Of a stretch of 32,000 bases of DNA, positions 1 to 8,654 are shown piece after piece. Numbering within the stretch: the first letter of the stretch is position 1; the number at the start of each line of letters is the position of its first letter. The notes beneath the pieces were generated by a model. It saw only the letters and a program-made list of their open reading frames with translations, had not been told where the DNA came from and did not search any database. This DNA comes from Geobacter metallireducens GS-15 (GTDB lineage Bacteria > Desulfobacterota > Desulfuromonadia > Geobacterales > Geobacteraceae). A program made the position numbers and the translations under genes. The stretch covers positions 960,001 to 992,000 of the forward strand of contig NC_007517.1 in NCBI RefSeq assembly GCF_000012925.1, read 5' to 3'.

Positions 1-19
1 TTGTGTCGGCGGATGGCGT

Positions 20-172
20 CGGAAAGGAGCGGAGCTCTCGCTCCGAACCGATCCAGCGTCACTAGCCGGTCTTCGTGGCATGTGAACAGCTATTCCCGAG
101 GCTTTCCCTCCGCTGATACCGGAGGTGGTTTCTTGCGGGGATCGGTTCTCCGCGAGAGCTCCGCCCCTTCCG
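20..172. other. Candidate structured RNA or palindromic element: long interrupted helix enclosing an 84-nt core
   Basis: Positions 20-54 pair with 139-172: 45-54/139-148 gives 10 bp, then a 3x3 internal loop, then 29-41/152-164 gives 13 bp, then further pairs to 20/172 with one mismatch and one bulge. An inner hairpin pairs CCTCCG (107-112) with CGGAGG (120-125) around a 7-nt loop. No convincing ORF covers it. It lies directly upstream of the Rrf2 gene RBS. Confidence 0.45.
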
Positions 173-222
173 GGAACCAGTGGTGGGAAAGGTGACAACG
201 TAGAAGGAGAAGAGGCTGATTT

Positions 223-651
223 ATGCGGCTTTCGACACGGGCACAGTATGCGGTTCGGGCCATGGTGGATCTTTCCCTCCACTCGGAGGGGAGACCGGTC
301 TCGCTCAAGGATATTGCCCTGCGGGAGGATATTCCCCTCAACTATCTGGAGCAGCTCTTCAACCGGCTGCGCCGCGGTGCCATCGTGGAGAGTGTGCGGG
401 GACCCGGGGGAGGATACCTCCTGGCCCGGGAGAGTTCGGCAATCCGGGTGGGGGAGATCGTGGCCACGGTTGAGGAACCCCTGACGCCGGTTTCGTGCAT
501 GGACAAGGGGAAGGGGCGTTGCACCCGGACGGCCGCCTGCACCACCCACAATGTCTGGGAGATGCTCGGCGAGCGGATCAGAACCTTTCTCGATTCCATT
601 ACCCTGGAGGACCTGGTAATCGAGGCACGGGGGCGCGGAGGCGAGGAGTGA
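223..651 (+). CDS. Rrf2-family transcriptional regulator (IscR-like)
   Basis: The N-terminus MRLSTRAQYAVRAMVDL is the typical Rrf2 winged-HTH start. Three spaced Cys (C-x8-C-x5-C in VSCMDKGKGRCTRTAAC) resemble Fe-S ligands of IscR/NsrR-type proteins. RBS is GAAGGAGAAGAGG. It sits upstream of a cysteine desulfurase gene. Confidence 0.88.
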   Translation: MRLSTRAQYAVRAMVDLSLHSEGRPVSLKDIALREDIPLNYLEQLFNRLRRGAIVESVRGPGGGYLLARESSAIRVGEIVATVEEPLTPVSCMDKGKGRCTRTAACTTHNVWEMLGERIRTFLDSITLEDLVIEARGRGGEE

Positions 652-679
652 GGGCGGTATTGCCCGCATTTGAGACTGC

Positions 680-1822
680 ATGATGATCTATCTGGACCAC
701 AATGCGACAACGCCGGTCCACCCTGATGTGGTGGAGGCGTTGTTGCCGTTTCTGCAGGGGAAGTTCGGCAACCCGTCCAGCATCCACTGGGCCGGTCGGG
801 CCGTGAAGGGGGCGGTGGAGGAGGCCCGGGAACAGGTGTCGGCGCTCGTGGGATGCGAGCCGGGTGAGGTGGTGTTCACCTCGTCGGGAACCGAGGCCGA
901 CAACATGGCCATCAAGGGGGTCGCTGCGGCCCTTGGGGGGCGCGGCAACCACATCGTCACCACCCAGGTGGAGCACCCAGGAGTGGCAAACCCCTGCCTC
1001 TACCTGGAGAGTCTCGGTTTCGAGGTGACCCGCGTGACCGTGGACCGGGACGGCCTTCTGGACCTGGAGCGGCTGGAGGCGGCCATCACCGACCGGACCA
1101 TTCTCATCTCGGCCATGGCCGCCAACAACGAGACCGGCGTCCTCTTCCCGGTACGCGAGATCGGTGAGATTGCAGCGTGCCGCCGTGTCTATTTCCACTG
1201 CGACGGGGTCCAGGCGGCCGGCAGGATTCCACTCTCGGTCCGGGATGACAGCATCTCGTTTCTGGCCCTCTCGGGGCACAAGCTCTATGCCCCGAAGGGG
1301 ATAGGAGCCTTGGTGGTGCGGCGCGGGGTGAAGTGCCACCCGCTGATCCATGGTGGCTCCCAGGAGCGCAACCGCCGCGGAGGGACCGAGAACGTGGCCG
1401 GCATCGTGGCCTTTGGCAGGGCGTGCGCCATTGCCCGCGAAACCATGAATGGCGAAATGGGGCGGATTAAAGGATTGCGCGACCGGTTGGAAGAGGGGAT
1501 ACTGTCACGGGTTTCCGGCGCCTGCGTGAACGGCCACCGGGAGCAGCGGCTCCCCACCACTACCAATATCACGATTCCCGGTGTGGAGGCCGATTCGCTC
1601 CTCATGGCACTGGACCTGGAGGGGATAGCTGCGTCATCGGGCTCCGCGTGCAGTTCCGGCACCCTCAAGCTCTCGCCGGTCCTGGCCGCCATGGGACGCA
1701 CTCCCGAGGAGGCCAAGGGTTCGGTGCGGTTCTCGCTGGGGAAGGGGAATACCGTCGAGGAGATAGACCGGGTGCTGGCGGTTCTGCCGGCCATCGTTGC
1801 CCGGTTGCGGGGAGAATCATGA
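680..1822 (+). CDS. nifS: Cysteine desulfurase, NifS/IscS class I (PLP-dependent)
   Basis: Contains [10 protein letters not shown], the PLP-lysine motif [14 protein letters not shown] and the catalytic-Cys loop SSGSACSSG. The stop overlaps the next start as ATGA. Confidence 0.92.
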   Translation: MMIYLDHNATTPVHPDVVEALLPFLQGKFGNPSSIHWAGRAVKGAVEEAREQVSALVGCEPGEVVFTSSGTEADNMAIKGVAAALGGRGNHIVTTQVEHPGVANPCLYLESLGFEVTRVTVDRDGLLDLERLEAAITDRTILISAMAANNETGVLFPVREIGEIAACRRVYFHCDGVQAAGRIPLSVRDDSISFLALSGHKLYAPKGIGALVVRRGVKCHPLIHGGSQERNRRGGTENVAGIVAFGRACAIARETMNGEMGRIKGLRDRLEEGILSRVSGACVNGHREQRLPTTTNITIPGVEADSLLMALDLEGIAASSGSACSSGTLKLSPVLAAMGRTPEEAKGSVRFSLGKGNTVEEIDRVLAVLPAIVARLRGES

Positions 1823-2925
1823 CGGAAAAAGCGAGAAAACGGATTGTCGTCGCCATGAGCGGCGGGGTCGATTCGTCGGTGACGGCGGCGCTCCTGAAGG
1901 AGGAGGGGCACGAGGTCATCGGCATCTCCATGCAGGTCTGGGATTACTCCAAATTCAGCGCCCCGGAGGGAGAGAAGTTCGACACCTGCTGCTCCCTGGA
2001 TGACATCCACGACGCCCGCCGGGTGGCGGAGCAGATCGGGATCCCCTTCTACGTGGTGAATTTCGAGGAGGAGTTCCAGCGGCTGGTCATTGACGACTTT
2101 GTGGACGAGTATTTTCGGGGGCGAACCCCCAACCCCTGCGTGCGGTGCAACCAGCGGGTGAAGTTTGAGCTCTTGCTCCGGAAGGCCCGGGAGCTGGGAG
2201 CCGACCTCCTGGCCACTGGCCACTACGCCCGGATCGAGCGTGGTGGTGACGGTCTGTTCCATCTCCTGCGGGGGGATGATCCCGGCAAGGACCAGAGCTA
2301 CTTCCTCTTCACCCTCACCCAGGAGCAGCTTGCCCGGGTCACCTTCCCCTTGGGGGGGATGACTAAGCCGGAAGTGAGGCAGCTGGCGACCCGGTTCGGC
2401 CTGCGGGTGGCAGAGAAGGGGGAGAGCCAGGAGATCTGCTTTGTCCCGGACAACGATTACGTCCGGTTTCTGGAGGATGAGCGGGGCGCAGGTCAACTGG
2501 TCGGGGAGATTGTCGACCGGGCTGGCACCGTACTGGGACACCACGAAGGGACCTACCGCTACACCGTGGGGCAGCGCCGGGGGCTCGGCATTGCCCATCC
2601 CCATCCCCTCTACGTGGTGGGGGTCGATGCGGAGCGGCGGCAGGTGATTGTCGGGCCCAAGGAGGAACTCCTGGCCCCGGGGCTCGTGGCCACGGATGTG
2701 ACGTGGGTCATTGCCCTGGCAACGGAGACCCTGGAGGCAGCGTGCAAGATCCGCTACCGGCACCATCCCGTGCCCTGCACGGTGACGGTTCTTGCCGGCA
2801 ACCGGGCACAGGTCCGGTTCCGGGAGCCGGAGAAGTCGGTCACGCCGGGGCAGGCGGTGGTCTTCTACCACGGTGACGAGGTGCTCGGTGGCGGTTGGAT
2901 CGATGCGGCGATGACCGAGGGGTAG
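1819..2925 (+). CDS. mnmA: tRNA 2-thiouridine(34) synthase MnmA
   Basis: PP-loop motif [11 protein letters not shown]. Also [21 protein letters not shown] and KDQSYFL. I chose the internal ATG at 1819, which gives 368 aa; the track ORF starting at 1648 is an upstream extension inside nifS. Confidence 0.92.
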   Translation: MTEKARKRIVVAMSGGVDSSVTAALLKEEGHEVIGISMQVWDYSKFSAPEGEKFDTCCSLDDIHDARRVAEQIGIPFYVVNFEEEFQRLVIDDFVDEYFRGRTPNPCVRCNQRVKFELLLRKARELGADLLATGHYARIERGGDGLFHLLRGDDPGKDQSYFLFTLTQEQLARVTFPLGGMTKPEVRQLATRFGLRVAEKGESQEICFVPDNDYVRFLEDERGAGQLVGEIVDRAGTVLGHHEGTYRYTVGQRRGLGIAHPHPLYVVGVDAERRQVIVGPKEELLAPGLVATDVTWVIALATETLEAACKIRYRHHPVPCTVTVLAGNRAQVRFREPEKSVTPGQAVVFYHGDEVLGGGWIDAAMTEG

Positions 2926-2939
2926 CGGAAGAGGGATTC

Positions 2940-4235
2940 ATGCAGAGAGTGGCGATTTCAACCCTGGGTTGCAAGATCAACCAGTTCGAGTCGGCGGCCA
3001 TGACCGAGAGCCTCGGTAGGGAAGGGTTCCGGGTGGTCCCCTTTGACGAGGATGCCGACATTTACGTGATCAACACCTGCACGGTGACCGCGAAAACCGA
3101 TGCCGAGTCGCGGCGCCTGATTCGTCGCGCCCTGCGCCGCAATCCCGCGGCCCGGGTGGTGGTGACCGGCTGCTACGCCCAGGTGGCCCCCGATGCGGTG
3201 AAAGATCTTCCTGGCGTGGCTCTGGTGGTGGGGAATAGCGAGAAGCGGAGCATCGGCGAGCTTTTGCGGGACGCTGCCCCGGCGGAAAAGGTCATGGTGT
3301 CGGACATTTCCCGGGAGCGGACCGCGGAGGGGCTCCGTCTCGAAAGCTTTGCCGAGCATACCCGGGCCTTCCTCCAGGTCCAGAACGGGTGCGATGCCTT
3401 CTGCTCCTACTGCATCGTCCCCTATGCCCGGGGGCGGAGCCGGAGCGTCTCCTTCAGCGAAGCCCTCGCAGGGATCAGGAACTTCGCCGCCCAGGGGTTC
3501 CGGGAGGTGGTGCTGACCGGCATCCACCTGGGGGCCTACGGCCTTGACCTTGCCCCGCCGACGAACCTCCTGGCGCTTCTGGAGGCCTCCGAGGCGGAAA
3601 AGGCGGTGCCGCGGCTCCGGGTCGGGTCGGTGGAGCCCAATGAACTGACCGACGCTCTCGTTGATTTCCTGGCCCGGTCGGAGACGGTCTGCCCCCACCT
3701 CCACATCCCGCTCCAGAGCGGCGATGACCGGGTGCTCGAACGGATGGGGCGGCGCTACACGGCGGCGTTCTTCCGGGAACGGGTGGAACGGCTCGTGGCG
3801 GTGGTCCCCGACATCTTCATCGGCTGCGACGTCATTGCCGGTTTTCCGGGAGAGACTGACGAGGAGTTCCAGAACACCGTACGTCTCATCGAGGAACTGC
3901 CGGTGGCCTCCCTCCACGTCTTCCCCTATTCCCGGCGGGAGGGGACGGCGGCTGCCCGGATGGAGGGACAGGTGGATGGGAAGGTGATTCGCGGCCGGGC
4001 TGAGATCCTGAGGGAGGTTGGCGAGCGTAAGCGGCGCTCTTTCTGCGAGCGGTTCGTGGGGCGTGAGCTGGCGGTCCTGATGCAGAACCGGGGCCGTGAC
4101 GGCGAAGCTGTGGGGCTGTCGCGCAACTACCTGCCGGTCCGGGTGCCCGGCTACGCAGGGGAGATGAACGCCGAGGCGACGGTCATGGTCACGGAGGTGA
4201 CGCCGGACGGAGTGGGGGGAATCATCCGAGGGTAA
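2940..4235 (+). CDS. mtaB: Radical-SAM tRNA methylthiotransferase, MtaB/MiaB-like
   Basis: The N-terminal UPF0004 domain shows VAISTLGCKINQFES and VINTCTVT. The radical-SAM CxxxCxxC is present in NGCDAFCSYCIVPYARG. A C-terminal TRAM-like region follows. Start is the ATG at 2940. Confidence 0.85.
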   Translation: MQRVAISTLGCKINQFESAAMTESLGREGFRVVPFDEDADIYVINTCTVTAKTDAESRRLIRRALRRNPAARVVVTGCYAQVAPDAVKDLPGVALVVGNSEKRSIGELLRDAAPAEKVMVSDISRERTAEGLRLESFAEHTRAFLQVQNGCDAFCSYCIVPYARGRSRSVSFSEALAGIRNFAAQGFREVVLTGIHLGAYGLDLAPPTNLLALLEASEAEKAVPRLRVGSVEPNELTDALVDFLARSETVCPHLHIPLQSGDDRVLERMGRRYTAAFFRERVERLVAVVPDIFIGCDVIAGFPGETDEEFQNTVRLIEELPVASLHVFPYSRREGTAAARMEGQVDGKVIRGRAEILREVGERKRRSFCERFVGRELAVLMQNRGRDGEAVGLSRNYLPVRVPGYAGEMNAEATVMVTEVTPDGVGGIIRG

Positions 4236-5373
4236 AGAAGAAGGTTGCACCCTTGCCCTCTTCTGCTTCGGCCCAGATTCTTCCCCCGTGGCGGTGAACG
4301 ATCCGCTGGACCGTGGCGAGCCCGATGCCGTTCCCTTCGAATTCCTCAGACCGGTGCATACGCTGGAAAGGGGTGAAAAGCTGCCCGGCGTAGCGCATAT
4401 CGAAGCCGGCGCCGTTGTCCCGGACAAAGTAAACCGGTTTCTCCCCCTGTTTCATGACGCCGAATTCGATCTCGGCCTGTTCCCGCCTTGCCGTATATTT
4501 CCAGGCATTGCTCAAAAGATTTTCCACGACCGACCGCAGGAGCCGCCGGTCGCCGCGGACGGTGATGCCGTCGGTGATCCGGATGGTGACCCCGGTGCGG
4601 TCCGGGTGGATGTAGCGGAGTTCCTGCTCGATGGTGCCGGCGATGGCGGAGAGGTCGGTCTGTTCCGGGGTAATGGGCTCTCGGCCAAGTCTCGACAGGT
4701 TCAGGAGCGCATCGATGAGCCTGGTCATCCGCTGGCCCGCTTTCTGGATCCGCTGGAGATAGTCCAGCGCCTCGGAGGGAAGATCGGTGCCGAAATCCTC
4801 CAGGATCGCCTTGCTGAAACCGTCGATGATGGTAAGGGGTGCCCGGAGGTCGTGGGAGACTGAGAAGTTGAAGGCCTGTAGTTCCTGATTGGTCGCTTCC
4901 AACTGGGCGGTTCGCTCCTGGACCCGCTGCTCCAGTTCCGCGTTAAGGCGGCGCAGGGACTCCTCGGCCCGCTGGCGATTGCAATGTTCCTCCGCTTCCT
5001 TGAGGGCGCGTCGTATCGCCGACCCAAGGCGTCCCATGTTACCCTTCAGAATGAAGTCCGTCGCCCCCTTGCGGAGGGTCTCTACGGCCCGTTCCTCGCC
5101 CACTGTTCCGGAAATGACGATGAATGGGGTGTCCGGGCACTGTTCCAGAGCCAGTTTCAGGGCTGCGACCCCATCGTAGCCGGGGATGCTCATATCCGCC
5201 AGTATGAGGTCGAAGCAGTCTGCACTCTCCTCCAGGACGCGGGCGAACTGTTTCCCATCAGGTGCAACCGTTATGGTGCACGAAATTTCCTCTGAAGCAA
5301 GCTTCGCCCGCACCAGTTCCGCATCCATCGAATCGTCCTCCAGGTGGAGGATGCGAAGCGTCTCTCCCGTCAA
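4222..5373 (-). CDS. Soluble hybrid sensor: N-terminal receiver (REC), coiled coil, HisKA and HATPase_c histidine kinase
   Basis: REC signature ILHLEDD...DLILADMSIPGYDG...KGATDFILKG. H-box FSVSHDLRAPL. The ATPase region has NAWKYT, RDNGAGFD and GNGIGLATV. No transmembrane segment is seen. The 3' end overlaps the mtaB 3' end by 14 nt in convergent orientation. Confidence 0.9.
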   Translation of the reverse strand: MTGETLRILHLEDDSMDAELVRAKLASEEISCTITVAPDGKQFARVLEESADCFDLILADMSIPGYDGVAALKLALEQCPDTPFIVISGTVGEERAVETLRKGATDFILKGNMGRLGSAIRRALKEAEEHCNRQRAEESLRRLNAELEQRVQERTAQLEATNQELQAFNFSVSHDLRAPLTIIDGFSKAILEDFGTDLPSEALDYLQRIQKAGQRMTRLIDALLNLSRLGREPITPEQTDLSAIAGTIEQELRYIHPDRTGVTIRITDGITVRGDRRLLRSVVENLLSNAWKYTARREQAEIEFGVMKQGEKPVYFVRDNGAGFDMRYAGQLFTPFQRMHRSEEFEGNGIGLATVQRIVHRHGGRIWAEAEEGKGATFFFTLG

Positions 5374-5464
5374 ACAGTGCCTCCCTATTCTCTGTTTACC
5401 AGTTTCTGCCCAGTGGCGGTTTGGTCATGGCAGACTGGAGAATTCCCGGTTAGCCAGCAGTGAT

Positions 5465-6667
5465 TCAGACACGGACCAGGAACTCCCTGACCCGTTCCAC
5501 GTCCGCCATCTCCCGGAATTCCCGGAATCCATCAACGCCATCGGGGTCGAAGGCCCGGTGGTAGCGGGGGGGCGTGGCAGTGAGGGCACGCAGTGCCTTG
5601 CCGGTGGCGTAATCGTCACTGGTGAGGCCGCGGGCCTGTTTCGCCAGGTCCATGACGATGCTGAAACCCAACCGGAAGAGGCGCTTGAGGCGTTCGCCGG
5701 CCAGGATGGCGGCGGCCTTTTCCTCGTCGTTGCGGGCCAGAAATTCCAGGGCTATGTTCAGGTAGCCGTGGACCCGCTCGAAAATCGCCAGCATCGCCTC
5801 CCGGTCGTGGAGGGCGGTGCCGTCGACCACCAGGGCGCTGTTCACCAGATACGTGAGCTCCTGGTTGATCTCCTCGGCGCCGGGCCGTGCCAGGAGCCGT
5901 CCGAGGAGCGATTCGGCGGCGCCGGGGCGGACGGGAAGGTGGCGGTGGACCGCCGCCGGGAAGAGTTCCTTTCCTCCCTCGAGGACGAAGGACGCCGGAT
6001 CGATGCGGGCATAGAGGGACTGGGCCTCCTCCTGTTCGGGGAACCCCAGGTCGGCGAGCCGCCCCGAGCGGAAGCGGAAAGCGAGTTCTTCCAGCTCATC
6101 CTCGACTTCACTCTTCACCCCTTCCATAATTCCCAGGTAGAACTCGTGATTGGTGCGATAGACGATGTCGAGGAAACTGCCGACGGTCCGGGCGTGCTTG
6201 TCATTTTTGAACGTGATGAAATAGAGGTTGTCGAAGGTATGGTCCCAGTCGGCGGTCCGTTCCTCGTCCGGCAGGAGCTCGCCGATTCCGCCCCCCACGC
6301 TGATCTCCTTTTCGAGCATGAGGAGGAGAAGCTCCAGGTCCAGGTGAGGAAGCTGCTCCGCAACCACCTCCTCCCCCGCCTCAAGAAGATGGCCGAGCCA
6401 TTCGTAGGACTTGTCGGCGGTGAAGTTCCATTTGTCCCAGAGCTCCATGTCGAGGATGAAGGTTCGCTGTTCGGGTGACGCCAGTTCCCAGAGCCCCATG
6501 GCGTCCGTCTCGCCGATCTCCTTGATGAGCCAATAGAGTTCCTGTTCGGGGAGCGACCGGGCAAGGGACTTCGCCTCCGGATCGGCAAGGATGAGGTCCA
6601 TCCGCTGCTTCGCCGGCAGTTCCCGCAGGGCGGCTATCGTGTCATTATTTCCCATGTATCGGATCAC
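5465..6667 (-). CDS. Conserved-looking hypothetical protein of about 400 aa, acidic and helical, with no family I can name with certainty
   Basis: A long ORF with genome-typical GC3 codon bias. A GTG start at 6667 overlaps the upstream stop as GTGA. An alternative ATG at 6655 is preceded by AAAGGAG 11 nt upstream. It lies between the Cys-cluster gene and the REC-kinase gene on the same strand. Confidence 0.75.
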   Translation of the reverse strand: MIRYMGNNDTIAALRELPAKQRMDLILADPEAKSLARSLPEQELYWLIKEIGETDAMGLWELASPEQRTFILDMELWDKWNFTADKSYEWLGHLLEAGEEVVAEQLPHLDLELLLLMLEKEISVGGGIGELLPDEERTADWDHTFDNLYFITFKNDKHARTVGSFLDIVYRTNHEFYLGIMEGVKSEVEDELEELAFRFRSGRLADLGFPEQEEAQSLYARIDPASFVLEGGKELFPAAVHRHLPVRPGAAESLLGRLLARPGAEEINQELTYLVNSALVVDGTALHDREAMLAIFERVHGYLNIALEFLARNDEEKAAAILAGERLKRLFRLGFSIVMDLAKQARGLTSDDYATGKALRALTATPPRYHRAFDPDGVDGFREFREMADVERVREFLVRV

Positions 6668-6987
6668 TCCTTTGTCTTGGACCGTTTCGGCCGCCCATTC
6701 ATCGTTGTCCGCGTACGCTTTATCCCCAGCGCCCGGCGATAGGCGCAGTCGTCATGGAGCCAGGGGAGCTCTCGGACCAGTTCTTCGGTCAGCTTGACGC
6801 ATTCGGGATTTATCTCGAAGCGGCGTTCGTAGATGACGCACTGGCGGGTGGCCACATCTAGGTAGCGGCACGGGGTCTGGGTGAAAAAGATGGTGCCGGA
6901 GTCGTCCTCGATCTTCTCGAAGCAGCAGAGGCCGCATTGTCGGCAGAGGGACTCCCAGGCGGCGTCGTGGTTGTCGGGCTGTTTCAT
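6664..6987 (-). CDS. YkgJ/UPF0153-type cysteine-cluster (Zn/Fe-chelating) protein
   Basis: CRQCGLCC plus downstream Cys (PCRYLD, RQCVIYE, NPECV) matches the CxxCxxCC cluster family. The C-terminal tail is basic. Confidence 0.75.
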   Translation of the reverse strand: MKQPDNHDAAWESLCRQCGLCCFEKIEDDSGTIFFTQTPCRYLDVATRQCVIYERRFEINPECVKLTEELVRELPWLHDDCAYRRALGIKRTRTTMNGRPKRSKTKE

Positions 6988-6993
6988 GGGGTG

Positions 6994-7023
6994 AGGATAC
7001 CGGAAGGGTCGTCAACCTGTCAA
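6994..7023 (-). promoter_or_regulatory. Candidate sigma70 promoter for the ykgJ-like operon, positioned for a leaderless transcript
   Basis: The minus strand reads TTGACA (7018-7023), an 18-nt spacer, TATCCT (6994-6999), then 6 nt and the ATG at 6987. No Shine-Dalgarno sequence is present upstream of that ATG. Confidence 0.35.
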
Positions 7024-7214
7024 CGGATGATGCCGGCTGACGGCACCGGCAGGGACTGTGTTACAACGGTGAAAATACCCTCGGACCCGCAACAGGGGGG
7101 CAAGCGGCCATTGAAAACTCCCCGGGCTCTGTTTTACTTAACCAGCGAAGGGAGCAGGTCGGCTGGATGCCGGAGGAGTCCCCGCGGGGCCTTCTCCGGG
7201 AAAGGAGAGGAAAC

Positions 7215-7715
7215 GTGAAACTCTATCTGATCCGCCATGGGGAGGCCGTCGAGCGGGGCGAGACGGTCCGGGAGGAGGACCGCTGGCTTACCGCCGTCGG
7301 GCGTGACGGGTTCCGGGCAAACGCCCGACGTCTGGCAAAGAAGGTGGTCGCTCCCGAAGTAATCGTTACGAGTCCCCTGGTGCGGGCCGTGCAGACGGCC
7401 GATATCCTCGCCGAGGTTCTCGGTTTTTCCGGCGAAGTCACCGTATCGCAGGAGCTGGCGCCGGGGTTCAGTTCAGAGGGGCTCTTCCGCCTGGCAGGTG
7501 TCCGCGGATCGCCCCGGAGCCTGGCTGTGGTAGGGCACGAGCCCGACCTGGGTGAGGTTTTCGGTCGGTTGTTGGGGCGCGACGGCGCGCTTCCCCTCAA
7601 AAAAGGGGCGATTGTGGCACTGAGGCTGGATTCGGCGGAGAGCGGAACGCCTGCCCGGTTCCTGTGGATGATTCAGCGGGGCAAGAAGTTTCGTGAACTT
7701 CCCGAACCCGGTTAA
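7215..7715 (+). CDS. sixA: Phosphohistidine phosphatase SixA (histidine phosphatase superfamily)
   Basis: LYLIRHGEA (the RHG catalytic motif), SPLVRAVQTA and VVGHEPDLG. The GTG start at 7215 is preceded by AAAGGAGAGG. Confidence 0.85.
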   Translation: MKLYLIRHGEAVERGETVREEDRWLTAVGRDGFRANARRLAKKVVAPEVIVTSPLVRAVQTADILAEVLGFSGEVTVSQELAPGFSSEGLFRLAGVRGSPRSLAVVGHEPDLGEVFGRLLGRDGALPLKKGAIVALRLDSAESGTPARFLWMIQRGKKFRELPEPG

Positions 7716-7721
7716 GGTTCG

Positions 7722-8654
7722 GTGAAATTCGAAAATTTGACCGGCGCAGGGAAGGGGAAGCCCTTGACGATCACGGACGAAACGCCTCTCTGGGTCGCAG
7801 CACCGGCGCTTCTGGCGGCCCGGACCGATGATTTCTTCGGCCGGTGGCGCAGGGCACTGAAGACCCTGGATTCTGAGGATATTCACGATCTGCGGGTCTC
7901 CTCCCGTCGGCTCCGGGAGGGATGTGTCCTTTTCTCTCCCCTCTACCCGGACGGACTCGCCCGGGTCATCCGGCGGGTGCGGAAGGTGACGAGGCTCCTG
8001 GGCCCCCTCCGCAATGCCGACGAGGCTGTTTTCTTTTTCCGGGAGCTGTCCGTGGCGCTTCCGGAGCCGTGCAGGGAAAGTCTCGGCGTCCTCATGGGCC
8101 GTCAGGAGGCCCTGAGGAACGTAGAACATCGGCGGCTCGCGAAGGGGCTTGAGAGTCTCGGCGCGGGGAAGACCAACTCCGCCTTTGTCCGGGCCATGGC
8201 ACGGCCGGCCGTTTTTCCGCAACCCCCTGTCGCCGTCGATCCCTTCACCCCCATCGGCTCTTTTGCCGCCGCGGCCCTAGATGGAAGCCTCGCCGATCTT
8301 CTCCCCCTGGTGCCTTCAGCGCGTGACGAAGAAGCAGCGGCGGCCCAGCACGCGCTACGGATCGCCGTCAAGCACTACCGCTACCGCGTCGAGATTCTCT
8401 CGTTCCTCATGGCCGCGGAGGGGTACGGGGATATCCACGCCACGATCAAGGCCTACCAGGACTGCCTGGGAACCATGCACGACCTGGATGTCTTCGTCGA
8501 CATGGTGCGGCACGGGGGGTTGCCTCCGGAAGTTGAATGTGTCATCCTGAATGCCATTGCCGAGCGGCGCGGGAAGTCTTTTGCCCGCTTCGGGGAACTG
8601 CTCGGAGGGCATCCCTTCGAACTGATCGGAGAAGAGGTGAGGAGAGCGCTGTGA
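7722..8654 (+). CDS. CHAD domain-containing protein
   Basis: HDLRVSSRRLRE and a later HALRIAVKHYRYRVE are the repeated conserved-histidine helices of CHAD domains. The GTG start is 6 nt after the sixA stop. The stop overlaps the ppx start as GTGA. Confidence 0.82.
   Translation: MKFENLTGAGKGKPLTITDETPLWVAAPALLAARTDDFFGRWRRALKTLDSEDIHDLRVSSRRLREGCVLFSPLYPDGLARVIRRVRKVTRLLGPLRNADEAVFFFRELSVALPEPCRESLGVLMGRQEALRNVEHRRLAKGLESLGAGKTNSAFVRAMARPAVFPQPPVAVDPFTPIGSFAAAALDGSLADLLPLVPSARDEEAAAAQHALRIAVKHYRYRVEILSFLMAAEGYGDIHATIKAYQDCLGTMHDLDVFVDMVRHGGLPPEVECVILNAIAERRGKSFARFGELLGGHPFELIGEEVRRAL

Noticed and set aside
20-172. Assigning the upstream structured element to a named riboswitch or RNA class (c-di-GMP/GEMM, TPP, cobalamin, glycine, fluoride, Moco, SRP, RNase P, tmRNA, 6S).
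   Set aside because: I could not find the invariant sequence blocks of any of these from memory. The 6S-like and Moco-like impressions rest on overall shape or very short motifs only. It stays unclassified pending a covariance-model search.
1-484. Track ORFs 1-195(+), 90-341(-) and 125-484(+) in the region upstream of and overlapping the Rrf2 gene.
   Set aside because: They have no RBS, atypical composition and no recognisable motifs, and they overlap the strong RNA-like helix or the Rrf2 gene itself. I treat the region as non-coding.
1648-1818. N-terminal extensions offered by the ORF track. The same issue applies to mnmA (1648), mtaB (2895), sixA (7167), ppx (8537), arnA-DH (13731), arnA-FT (14545), arnB (16616), arnT (18692), topA (21875), trmFO (24463), the DUF155 gene (11365) and the transposase (31099).
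   Set aside because: The internal starts align with the known N-termini of these families, carry Shine-Dalgarno sequences or start/stop overlaps, and avoid long overlaps with the upstream genes.
1285-2871. A 528-aa ORF on the minus strand. Similar long antisense ORFs occur at 2958-4427(-), 5186-6478(+), 10529-11524(+), 12454-13503(+), 14802-16973(+), 18323-19645(+), 19712-20812(-), 20526-21899(-), 22571-24256(-), 24802-26277(-) and 26622-27824(-).
   Set aside because: Each lies opposite a gene with clear family motifs. Their translations are Arg/Gly/Pro/His-rich and low in complexity, with no recognisable domains. This is the usual shadow-ORF artefact of high-GC DNA.
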